A stretch of 28,083 nt of DNA from NCBI GenBank assembly GCA_041305005.1, contig JBFYMH010000011.1, positions 1 to 28,083 on the forward strand, in the 5' to 3' direction. Positions 18,489-26,348 of this stretch are shown one piece after another (the stretch's first letter is position 1; each line of letters opens with the position of its first letter). Made by a program: the position numbers and the translations under genes. The notes beneath the pieces are model-generated. The model saw only the letters and a list, made by a program, of their open reading frames with translations, was not told the DNA's origin and did not search any database. Source of the stretch: Thermoplasmatales archaeon. Its GTDB lineage: Archaea; Thermoplasmatota; E2; DHVEG-1.

Positions 18489-18620
18489 CTGAATAAGATA
18501 TGTAAATCCTCCTATATGTATATTATTGTGTTTTCTAATTCCTTTTATTTCTTTTTCGTTTTTTTATTCCAAATTTCTATGAAATGAGGGTTTTTTCTGT
18601 TAACGGGAGAGACTTGTATA

Positions 18621-18634
18621 GAAATATTTATATA
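18621..18634 (+). promoter_or_regulatory. Putative BRE+TATA for the small unknown gene
   Basis: GAAATA-TTTATATA, with TATA at 18627-18634. RBS AGGTGG at 18696-18701. Confidence 0.45.
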
Positions 18635-18706
18635 TCTACCAAATTAAAATAATAATTGAAAAATAAAAATCGGGTGCATGAAACAAACCCGAGTCAGGTG
18701 GTCATA

Positions 18707-18934
18707 ATGATCAAGAAAAACACACGCATCTGGATATGGCTGCAAGACAACAAGGTACTCAAAGCAGTACTAAACGTAGATGAAGGGACCATGAGCATAT
18801 ACGATGAAAACGACAACCTTATACTTAGAAGAACAGGCTTAACAATACACAAAGTAAAAGAAATAGAAATCAACCTAGTAAGATACGGGGCAAAAAGGTT
18901 AAGCGAACACCAAGAACCATTTAAATTCCTATAA
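18707..18934 (+). CDS. Hypothetical 75-aa soluble protein
   Basis: ATG 18707 is preceded by AGGTGG (5-nt spacer) and a TATA box, and followed by a T8 run. It fills the gap between the two KaiC genes. No family recognised. Confidence 0.72.
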   Translation: MIKKNTRIWIWLQDNKVLKAVLNVDEGTMSIYDENDNLILRRTGLTIHKVKEIEINLVRYGAKRLSEHQEPFKFL

Positions 18935-18936
18935 AC

Positions 18937-18944
18937 TTTTTTTT
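18937..18944 (+). terminator. Possible oligo-T terminator after the small gene
   Basis: T8 begins 3 nt after the stop and overlaps the stop of the convergent KaiC copy 2. Confidence 0.35.
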
Positions 18945-19716
18945 AAATTATTGAAACATGTTTATCAGGAAATACCTTGATGCCATGATCAGTGATTTCC
19001 ATAGAAACAATATTCTTTTGATGCCCACTATATCTCATCTTTAAAACCTCAATAGCGCCCTCGCGAGCATCCTTCTTCTGAATATTGTAAAGCACTATTA
19101 TACCATCAGCCAAAAACTCCTCAATTCCAGTATCGCTATACCTGTTTGGAATCTGCTCGGTTTCTGTAATTAAAAAAGATGTGGCGCCTGTTTCTTCAAA
19201 AAAATTGAACAACTGCTGTAGATACACACGGTAATTCTTTTCTTTGCTAACTGAAGCAGATATAATAGCGGTTAAAGAATCAACAGCTATAATCTCGGGC
19301 TGAAAATCCTTAGGTATAACCAACGGTTTTATTTTATATGATATCTCAGTTGCAGAACCCGAACCACCGACTGAACCAAACTTCATACGAAGTATATCAA
19401 GCGGGTTAATCTTCTGAATCAAAAAATTACCATCATCGATATATTTTTTAACATCCCAACCAAAATTAGTCATACTGCGCTCTATACGCTCAGCACTCTC
19501 CTCAAAACTCACATACATGCATTTTTTGCCTTTAGAAATAAGATTATAACAAATTTGTCTGCATAAAGTACTCTTACCTGTACCAGTCCCACCAGCTATC
19601 ATAACGGAGTTGCCTTTTGGTATACCACCTGCCGAAAACAGGTTATCTAGTCCACTAATACCTGTTTTGAGTACCTCGGATTTTTTAGCCCCGTCTGCAT
19701 CCTTTGGTTTTTCCAT
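18943..19716 (-). CDS. KaiC/RAD55-family single-domain RecA-fold ATPase (copy 2)
   Basis: KTGISGLD, Walker A GGTGTGKS, YVSFEES (catalytic EE), Walker B AVDS, EEFLADG and KMR finger. Confidence 0.92.
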   Translation of the reverse strand: MEKPKDADGAKKSEVLKTGISGLDNLFSAGGIPKGNSVMIAGGTGTGKSTLCRQICYNLISKGKKCMYVSFEESAERIERSMTNFGWDVKKYIDDGNFLIQKINPLDILRMKFGSVGGSGSATEISYKIKPLVIPKDFQPEIIAVDSLTAIISASVSKEKNYRVYLQQLFNFFEETGATSFLITETEQIPNRYSDTGIEEFLADGIIVLYNIQKKDAREGAIEVLKMRYSGHQKNIVSMEITDHGIKVFPDKHVSII

Positions 19717-19792
19717 TTTTAAATCGCTCTTATCCCAACATCATACTAATTTTTTATTAAAACATTATTGTATATCTACAATCTCGTCCTCT

Positions 19793-19807
19793 TAATACGT
19801 CGTATTA
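19793..19807. promoter_or_regulatory. 15-bp dyad TAATACG-T-CGTATTA (candidate operator) upstream of KaiC copy 2
   Basis: Perfect 7-bp inverted repeat with a 1-nt spacer, about 30 nt downstream of a minus-strand GGAAAG-TTTTTTTATTTA element (19822-19839). Confidence 0.4.
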
Positions 19808-19878
19808 GCTATATGCTGTAGTAAATAAAAAAACTTTCCTAATAAATAATTAATGTAGCTATATAATTATTCATGGTT

Positions 19879-20703
19879 TTATTTAATCCATCCGGGACTC
19901 ATCTGTGCGTAAATGTATATCTCTGTGTAATATAGATAAATATCTTTGCTCTTTGGGGTTATCTTCACATAGTTTGATCCTTTTTCGTAATTTACATTGT
20001 TTCCAAGAAAACTATGCAGTGATTCGTTCCAAGCATTTGGATAATCTGTGGTAATATTCATGTTATTGTTAATTTTTATTCCGGAACTGAGACCATTTAC
20101 CGTATGTGAATAATTAGTACGGATAAAACAGCTTCCATGTCCATTTGTTGAGTTTTTACCAGAAACGCCAATGACCATTGGAAAAGTAATATTTATTTTG
20201 ATGTTATTTGTCTCATTTTTTACAGTAATTGTAGGATCAACTCGCATAACTGAGTCTCCATCTGGCTGTTTAACAATTATGCCCCCGCCCTCAAGTGCAT
20301 AAATCTGATCAATAAAATATGAATTGAAAGCCTCGTAATTAATAGAAGTCAATGTGATTAAGGACACAAAGTCAACCTTTATATTACCAACATTATCAAG
20401 TATTTTAAGTTCACCGAGTGCTCTCGCCGTGACGAAATATGGGAGTTCTCTGCTCCCTAAAGTTATCGGAGATGATATGGGTATATCTTTTTGTGTCATG
20501 GATTGCAAATCTATAATGGATTTTAAAAATGAGAACTGATTTGCGACCTCATCCATGTGGTCAGCTTCTCTTTGTTCCATTACCTGTGGTATATATACAA
20601 GTTGTACCACGGATAGTACCACTGCAACAAGACCTACTAGTAAAAGAGCTTCTATAACACCGGCAACTGCATGTTTTTCTTTTATAAATCTTCTGTTTTT
20701 CAT
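19879..20703 (-). CDS. Archaeal type IV pilin-like protein with a class III-like signal peptide
   Basis: Basic N-terminus MKNRRFIKEKHA, then hydrophobic VAGVIEALLLVGLVAVVLSVVQL, then an amphipathic helix and a beta-rich body with 6 N-x-S/T sequons. Confidence 0.65.
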   Translation of the reverse strand: MKNRRFIKEKHAVAGVIEALLLVGLVAVVLSVVQLVYIPQVMEQREADHMDEVANQFSFLKSIIDLQSMTQKDIPISSPITLGSRELPYFVTARALGELKILDNVGNIKVDFVSLITLTSINYEAFNSYFIDQIYALEGGGIIVKQPDGDSVMRVDPTITVKNETNNIKINITFPMVIGVSGKNSTNGHGSCFIRTNYSHTVNGLSSGIKINNNMNITTDYPNAWNESLHSFLGNNVNYEKGSNYVKITPKSKDIYLYYTEIYIYAQMSPGWIK

Positions 20704-20842
20704 CTCTCCTTCCGCAACAACAATATATTGTACCCTAACTTATATTTTTCTCGTTTTTCTAAATAAGTTTAAAGAGGGTTATTTGATTTCTATCTTAGAA
20801 TCTAAATTATCCAATGAATTGTCCTGAGGGAGGTATGATTAT

Positions 20843-22108
20843 ATGGGTATGACGTTTGCAGAAAAGATACTTGCTAAATACGTTAAAGAAAAAAAAGTAG
20901 TACCTGGTCAAATTGTTACCGTGAAACCTGATCATCTCCTTATGCATGACAACGCTGCTCCAATCATTAAAAAAATACAAACAGATCTTGAAGAGTATGG
21001 TATTATCAATACGGAATTGCCAGTTATCGTCCTTGATCATGTTATCCCCGCATCTGATGAAAAAACAGCCACAAACCATAAAACTGTCAGAGAGTTTGTC
21101 AAAAAATATAAGATAAAAAATTTTTACGATGTCGGTGCCGGTGTTTGTCATCAGATCATGATTGAAAAAGGTCTAGCTTTACCTGGGCAGCTCCTTTTAG
21201 GAAGCGATTCGCATACTTGCTCCTACGGAGCAATTGGTGCGTTCTCTTCAGGAATTGATCGTACTGAAGCAGCGGCGTTACTGCTCACTGGTGAGACGTG
21301 GCTGAAGGTTCCGCAGAGCATCAGAATTAATTTGAAAGGTGCATTGAAACCAGGAGTTTATGCAAAAGATGTCATCCTAAGAATCATAGGCGACATATCT
21401 GCTTCTGGTGCAGACTATTGCTCTGTAGAATTTCATGGTGATATTCAACAATTTTCAGTTGAAGAAAGGTTTACCATTGCAAATATGGGAGTTGAAATGG
21501 GAGCAAAGAATGCATTTTTCCCAGTTGATGATGTTACAACACAGTATCTAAAATCCATATGCATCCCTAAATCCAAATATGTTCAAATTGATCCAGATAA
21601 AGATGCATCGTACGCAAAAGAAATAAATTATGATCTTGATGATATCTCGCCTGTTGTGGCATTGCCGCACAGTGTAGATAATGTTAAAAGTGTTCATGAA
21701 GTCGAAGGAATAGAGCTACAGCAGTGTCTCATTGGCACTTGTACAAACGGTAGACTTTCTGATTTTAGAATTGCAGCCAAGATTTTGAAAGGAAAGAAAG
21801 TACATCAAAATGTGCGATTGTTAATACTCCCTTCATCTAGACAAATATATTTAGATGCACTGAAAGAAGGCATAATTGACACACTTGTTGAAGCTGGCGG
21901 AGTACTTCTCCCGCCCGGTTGTGGTCCATGTCTCGGTGCTCATCAAGGAGCGTTAGCACCAGGTGAGCGTTGTTTAAGCACGTCAAACAGGAACTTCAAA
22001 GGACGAATGGGCTGCAAAGACGCGGAGATATACCTTGCAAGCCCTGCAACTGTTGCCGTTTCAGCAATCTATGGTAAAATTACTGATCCTAGAAAGGAGG
22101 TGCGCTAG
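20843..22108 (+). CDS. leuC/hacA: 3-isopropylmalate dehydratase / homoaconitase family large subunit (signatures favour homoaconitase)
   Basis: EKILA, LDH, GVCHQ, GSDSHTCSYGA, [4Fe-4S] ligands IGTCTNGR and PGCGPCLG, STSNRNFKGRMG. RBS GGAGGT at 20829-20834. Confidence 0.93.
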   Translation: MGMTFAEKILAKYVKEKKVVPGQIVTVKPDHLLMHDNAAPIIKKIQTDLEEYGIINTELPVIVLDHVIPASDEKTATNHKTVREFVKKYKIKNFYDVGAGVCHQIMIEKGLALPGQLLLGSDSHTCSYGAIGAFSSGIDRTEAAALLLTGETWLKVPQSIRINLKGALKPGVYAKDVILRIIGDISASGADYCSVEFHGDIQQFSVEERFTIANMGVEMGAKNAFFPVDDVTTQYLKSICIPKSKYVQIDPDKDASYAKEINYDLDDISPVVALPHSVDNVKSVHEVEGIELQQCLIGTCTNGRLSDFRIAAKILKGKKVHQNVRLLILPSSRQIYLDALKEGIIDTLVEAGGVLLPPGCGPCLGAHQGALAPGERCLSTSNRNFKGRMGCKDAEIYLASPATVAVSAIYGKITDPRKEVR

Positions 22109-22594
22109 ATGAATATATGGAAATATGGTGATAATGTAAACACGGACATGCTCTTTCCAGGAAAATATACATACACATGTAGTACACCTCAGGAAATAAA
22201 GCCTCATCTACTTGAGGATCTTGATCCATCCTTTGCTAAAAATGTAAAAGAGGGCGACGTTATTTTTGCTGGGAAAAACTTTGGATGTGGTAGCTCCCGA
22301 GAACAACCAACAGTTGGATTAAAAGCAGTTGGTATATCTGCTATTGTTGCAGAAAGTTTCGCTCGCATTTTTTACCGTTCATCGATTAATCAAGGACTGC
22401 TTCTTATCGAATGTCCTGATGCTGTAAAGGTATATCGCGAAGGAGATACAGTGTCTCTTGATGTTGAAAACGGAAAAATCATTGTTAGTGGAAAATCGTT
22501 TTCGTTTCCAAAACTTCCAAAAGAGATACTAGCAATACGCGATGCAGGCGGATTACTTGCTTATACGCGTGCTAAACTAAAAAATAAAAAATGA
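22109..22594 (+). CDS. leuD/hacB: 3-isopropylmalate dehydratase / homoaconitase family small subunit (signatures favour homoaconitase)
   Basis: WKYGDNVNTD, PGKYTY, GKNFGCGSSREQ, SFARIFYR and GGLL. RBS AGGAGGTG at 22095-22102. Confidence 0.93.
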   Translation: MNIWKYGDNVNTDMLFPGKYTYTCSTPQEIKPHLLEDLDPSFAKNVKEGDVIFAGKNFGCGSSREQPTVGLKAVGISAIVAESFARIFYRSSINQGLLLIECPDAVKVYREGDTVSLDVENGKIIVSGKSFSFPKLPKEILAIRDAGGLLAYTRAKLKNKK

Positions 22595-22602
22595 TTGTTC
22601 TA

Positions 22603-23112
22603 TCAATCTTTGACAGTATACACTGGGTGTTTTCCTTGCATGTGCTCTTTTGCTAATTTCTGGTAAGTCTCTGCATTAGAACGTGCCATCTCAGCAAATT
22701 TTTTGTCTTGTTTAATTATTTTTCCAGGAACACCTAATACTAAACTATTTTCAGGAACTTCCATATCTGTTGTAACAAGTGCATTAGCACCAATAATTGA
22801 ACCTCTTTCGATTCTTGCTCCATTCAGTACAGTTGCATTTATACCTATGAGACAATCGTCACCAATAGTTGCCCCATGGATGACTGCTCCATGTCCAAGT
22901 GAAACATTTTTGCCTATTCTGACACTGTGTTCTTTGTCGCAGTGTATAACGCAACAATCTTGAACATTTGATTCATCATCTATCTCTATAGAGTTTTCGT
23001 CACTACGAATAACAGCATTTGGGAAGATGCCGCAGTTTTTACCTATCTTTACGTCACCTATTATAACAGCGGTTTTTGCGATAAAACTTGATTTATGTGC
23101 CTCTGGTCTCAT
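22603..23112 (-). CDS. Gamma-class carbonic anhydrase family protein (left-handed beta-helix)
   Basis: Hexapeptide repeats, IIGDVKIG, AVIRSD, SNVQD and three Zn-ligand His residues (VIHCD, LGHGAVIHG). Confidence 0.9.
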   Translation of the reverse strand: MRPEAHKSSFIAKTAVIIGDVKIGKNCGIFPNAVIRSDENSIEIDDESNVQDCCVIHCDKEHSVRIGKNVSLGHGAVIHGATIGDDCLIGINATVLNGARIERGSIIGANALVTTDMEVPENSLVLGVPGKIIKQDKKFAEMARSNAETYQKLAKEHMQGKHPVYTVKD

Positions 23113-23298
23113 ATTATCGTGCCTGTGTTTTTGTTAACTGTGAGTTTGTTTTATAATTTATGTTCTAACATTATTAATGTATATTATATTGCATTTAATT
23201 ATTTTAAAAATAAATAGAAAATTTGAAATACAACTTAACAAATATAAATTACGACCTTGTGAGTCGGGGGTGTAATACTCAGAGGTGGAGGATTTGAT

Positions 23299-26200
23299 AT
23301 GTCAGAGTATTTTAGAAACGGTAGAAAGAAAATTTGTATATTGCTTTTAGTATTTTTGCTTTCGTTAAATTTTTTTAATATTTCATCTGTAGTTGATGCT
23401 GATTCTAAGCCAGATCTTGTTATTAAAAGCGTGGATTGTCCTCTAGCAGTTCAAGAAGGAGATGCTGTAAAGATTGTTGTTAAAATTAAAAATGAGGGTA
23501 CAAAAAATATTTCCTCTGGTACATTGATAGAAGTCGGGTTATATGTTGACTACGCTTTAGTATTGATAAACAGTACATCAAAAGGTTTGGCTGTGGGTGC
23601 CTCTCGTTTTGTTAATTTTAGTTGGACTGCCACGTTGGGCGGTGAGACCCAGCGGTTGCTTAGATTAATAGTTGATTACCAGGACAAGATATCGGAGAGC
23701 AATGAGAATAACAACGTGTGGGACAAGTTTATAGATGTTGTTGAAAGGAGCACTGATTTAGAAATCATCGACGTTGATATCTCCGGTACTTTAAGTGTGA
23801 ATAAAACTGCTGACATTTATGCCACAGTAAAAAACAATGGTAAACAAACAGACAAAACCATCTATTCAATATTGAGTACAAACAAAGAGGGGGAGATTAA
23901 AACATTATCAAAAGAGGGCGGTTTGGACAAAGGTGCAACGTACGTTTTTCATTTTACGTGGACTCCGAAACGTTTTGGAAGCCAGACTATAAGTATAAAG
24001 GTTAAACACGATGGTGTGACACATGACGAGTATAAAACAAATGTATCTGTGAACGTCGGTTTTCTGGCTTGGTGGAATAGTAGTTGGCATTACAGGCATT
24101 TTGTGATTATAAAAGGTAGCGGAAATTTTTCAATGTCTCTTAATTTTACGCAGTTCATAAAAAACCTAGATATCTATCCACAGGAATTTGAGAACGACAC
24201 AATCAGAATTGTTAGGTATACCTCAGATGGGTATATTGCTACCGATGGTTTAGTGAGAACCTTCAAATTCAATGAAACCACAGGTTTTAACAAAGTAAAT
24301 AATGCAAAAGGCACACTTTTATGGAAAACGGCAACAACTCCAGATGAAAAATATTATTGTATTTATTTTGATGTAAAAAACAACCCTGGTACGAGAACTG
24401 TCTTAAATGAGACAAATAACATCAAAGTATCGGGTAATGCTGTTTTGAATTATTCTAGTTTTATTGGTGGTTGGTGGACAGATATTATTCAACCAGCTAA
24501 TGGTAGTTATACTGTGATTACTAAGCCGATAAATATAACCGTTAACACTATGGCAAAAGCAGACAACGTTACAGCCTATATTTTCTGGACTGCTGATAAA
24601 ACCCATAACTTTACACGTTATCTAAGCAACATTGGTAATAATGTTAGTTGGAAATACAACAATTTTTATTTTGATATGGAGGGCAACTGGACGATAAAGG
24701 TTACCAGCTGGGATAGGGCAGGCTTTGAGTCTGTGGTAGAGAACGAGTTTTATGTTGGCAAACCAGATCTAAAGGCTATTGGCATCAGTTTTTCTACAGA
24801 TTGGTCAGGTACTTCCCCGAATGTTTATAAAAATGATACCGTGTCTATCGTTGCCCGTGTTTTCAGCTATAATGCCACTGTTGACAACGTGAAGGTTTCA
24901 CTTGTTATATATGATAGAGAAAGCAATTTGGTTGTTTATTCAGTGAATTCAACTGGTCTTGCTATGCTGAAGAATAAATATAACAACGTGAGTTTTACTT
25001 GGAAGGCTAACAAAATCGGTAACTATAATGTTACTGTAACAGTTGATCCCGATGATGCTATTGATGAATCAAATGAAACGAATAATCAGCTTACTAAGAA
25101 TATGGTTGTTTATGGTTGGCCTGATCTAGCAGTTGTTAGTGTAAATGTCCCTGCAGAGTCTTTTATGGAAGGAGACCGCGTGGAGATTAATGCTGTTGTA
25201 TCTAACTTTGGGTATGGGAACGCCACCGATTATACGGCAGGTTTGTATCTTGATCCTGCTCAGGGCAATAGCATGAGTTACTCCAATCTTGTTTCCACAT
25301 CTTTGTTTAGTGTTGCTGTTAATGCAAGTAAGCAAGTTAGCTTGATCTGGGATTATGCCAAACCAGGCGAATGGATGGTTGGTGTGAAGATCATTATTAA
25401 TGGTACAAAAAGAGATACGAATATAGTGAATAATCAGTTACCATCTAGTTTAACTTTGAAAGTTGGTGCCATAGAAAGAAATCCACCTGTTATATCAAAT
25501 GTTCTAGTCTTGCCAGTTTCTCAGGAGCAAGGTGGTTCTGTTACGATAACTGCTAAGGTTACCGATGACACTGGTTTGAAATCTGTTTCTATCGATATAA
25601 AGGACCCTTCAAACAAAACCTACACAATGAGTATGCTGAGAGCTAGTGGCGACATTTTTAGTTGTGAGTTCGGTGACACGTTTGTGATTGGAAACTACAA
25701 GTTTACTATTCAGGCAATTGATACATCAATCTATTCCAACAAGGTGAATAAATCTGGTAGTTTTGTTATAACTGAAGATAATACTCCCCCAGTTATATTA
25801 TATTTTGATGCAGAACCCTCTGTACAAATAACTGGTGAATATGTAAGTATCGTATGTATAGTAACCGACAATGTCGATATAAAAAAGGTTGAGGTTACTG
25901 TTACTCACCCAGATGGTGACAGAGAAAACAAGACAATGACATATCGTGATGATGGTAAATATTCATACAAAAAAATTTTCAGTCAGATCGGTAAATATAG
26001 ATTCAAAATAGAGGTCGCGGATGAGGCTGGCAACAAAGTTTTGACCGAAAACAGGGTGTTTTGGATAAGTACAAATGTGGATGATAGAGACAACGACGGC
26101 ATGCCTGATTGGTGGGAGGAAAAATATGGTTTCGATCCAGATGCCCCGTCCGATGCAGGAAATGATAACGATGGTGATGGGTACACGAATCTAAAAGAAT

Positions 26201-26346
26201 ACCAGATTGGTACAAACCCTGCCAAGGATATTTTCATGCAAAACGCTGCGTATAGAATCAAAGAAAGCGGTGTTTATTTGTTTGCTGTTGTAGCATTATT
26301 TGTATTTGCAATACTCTTATCTGTTTATGGTAAAAGGAGGATATAG
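23299..26346 (+). CDS. Large membrane-anchored surface glycoprotein with CARDB/Ig-like repeats and an acidic Ca-binding repeat
   Basis: Signal peptide, repeated (K/W)PDL...ESNE-x-NN CARDB-like units, a WWNSSWHYR segment, two PPVI...VTD Ig-like units, DRDNDGMPDWWE...DGDGYTNLKEY...GTNP, and a C-terminal TM followed by KRR. RBS GAGGTGGAGG at 23282-23291. Confidence 0.85.
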   Translation: MSEYFRNGRKKICILLLVFLLSLNFFNISSVVDADSKPDLVIKSVDCPLAVQEGDAVKIVVKIKNEGTKNISSGTLIEVGLYVDYALVLINSTSKGLAVGASRFVNFSWTATLGGETQRLLRLIVDYQDKISESNENNNVWDKFIDVVERSTDLEIIDVDISGTLSVNKTADIYATVKNNGKQTDKTIYSILSTNKEGEIKTLSKEGGLDKGATYVFHFTWTPKRFGSQTISIKVKHDGVTHDEYKTNVSVNVGFLAWWNSSWHYRHFVIIKGSGNFSMSLNFTQFIKNLDIYPQEFENDTIRIVRYTSDGYIATDGLVRTFKFNETTGFNKVNNAKGTLLWKTATTPDEKYYCIYFDVKNNPGTRTVLNETNNIKVSGNAVLNYSSFIGGWWTDIIQPANGSYTVITKPINITVNTMAKADNVTAYIFWTADKTHNFTRYLSNIGNNVSWKYNNFYFDMEGNWTIKVTSWDRAGFESVVENEFYVGKPDLKAIGISFSTDWSGTSPNVYKNDTVSIVARVFSYNATVDNVKVSLVIYDRESNLVVYSVNSTGLAMLKNKYNNVSFTWKANKIGNYNVTVTVDPDDAIDESNETNNQLTKNMVVYGWPDLAVVSVNVPAESFMEGDRVEINAVVSNFGYGNATDYTAGLYLDPAQGNSMSYSNLVSTSLFSVAVNASKQVSLIWDYAKPGEWMVGVKIIINGTKRDTNIVNNQLPSSLTLKVGAIERNPPVISNVLVLPVSQEQGGSVTITAKVTDDTGLKSVSIDIKDPSNKTYTMSMLRASGDIFSCEFGDTFVIGNYKFTIQAIDTSIYSNKVNKSGSFVITEDNTPPVILYFDAEPSVQITGEYVSIVCIVTDNVDIKKVEVTVTHPDGDRENKTMTYRDDGKYSYKKIFSQIGKYRFKIEVADEAGNKVLTENRVFWISTNVDDRDNDGMPDWWEEKYGFDPDAPSDAGNDNDGDGYTNLKEYQIGTNPAKDIFMQNAAYRIKESGVYLFAVVALFVFAILLSVYGKRRI

Positions 26347-26348
26347 TC

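Noticed and set aside
17730-19716. Circadian clock (KaiABC) interpretation
   Set aside because: Both proteins are single-domain, no KaiA or KaiB is recognisable, and the positions matching the KaiC S/T phosphosites read E-F.
23168-23281. Dyad ACATTA-T-TAATGT (23168-23180) and short stems near the CARDB gene RBS (TGAGT...ACTCA) as a riboswitch or operator
   Set aside because: The stems are only 4-6 bp in AT-rich sequence, with no recognisable RNA family.
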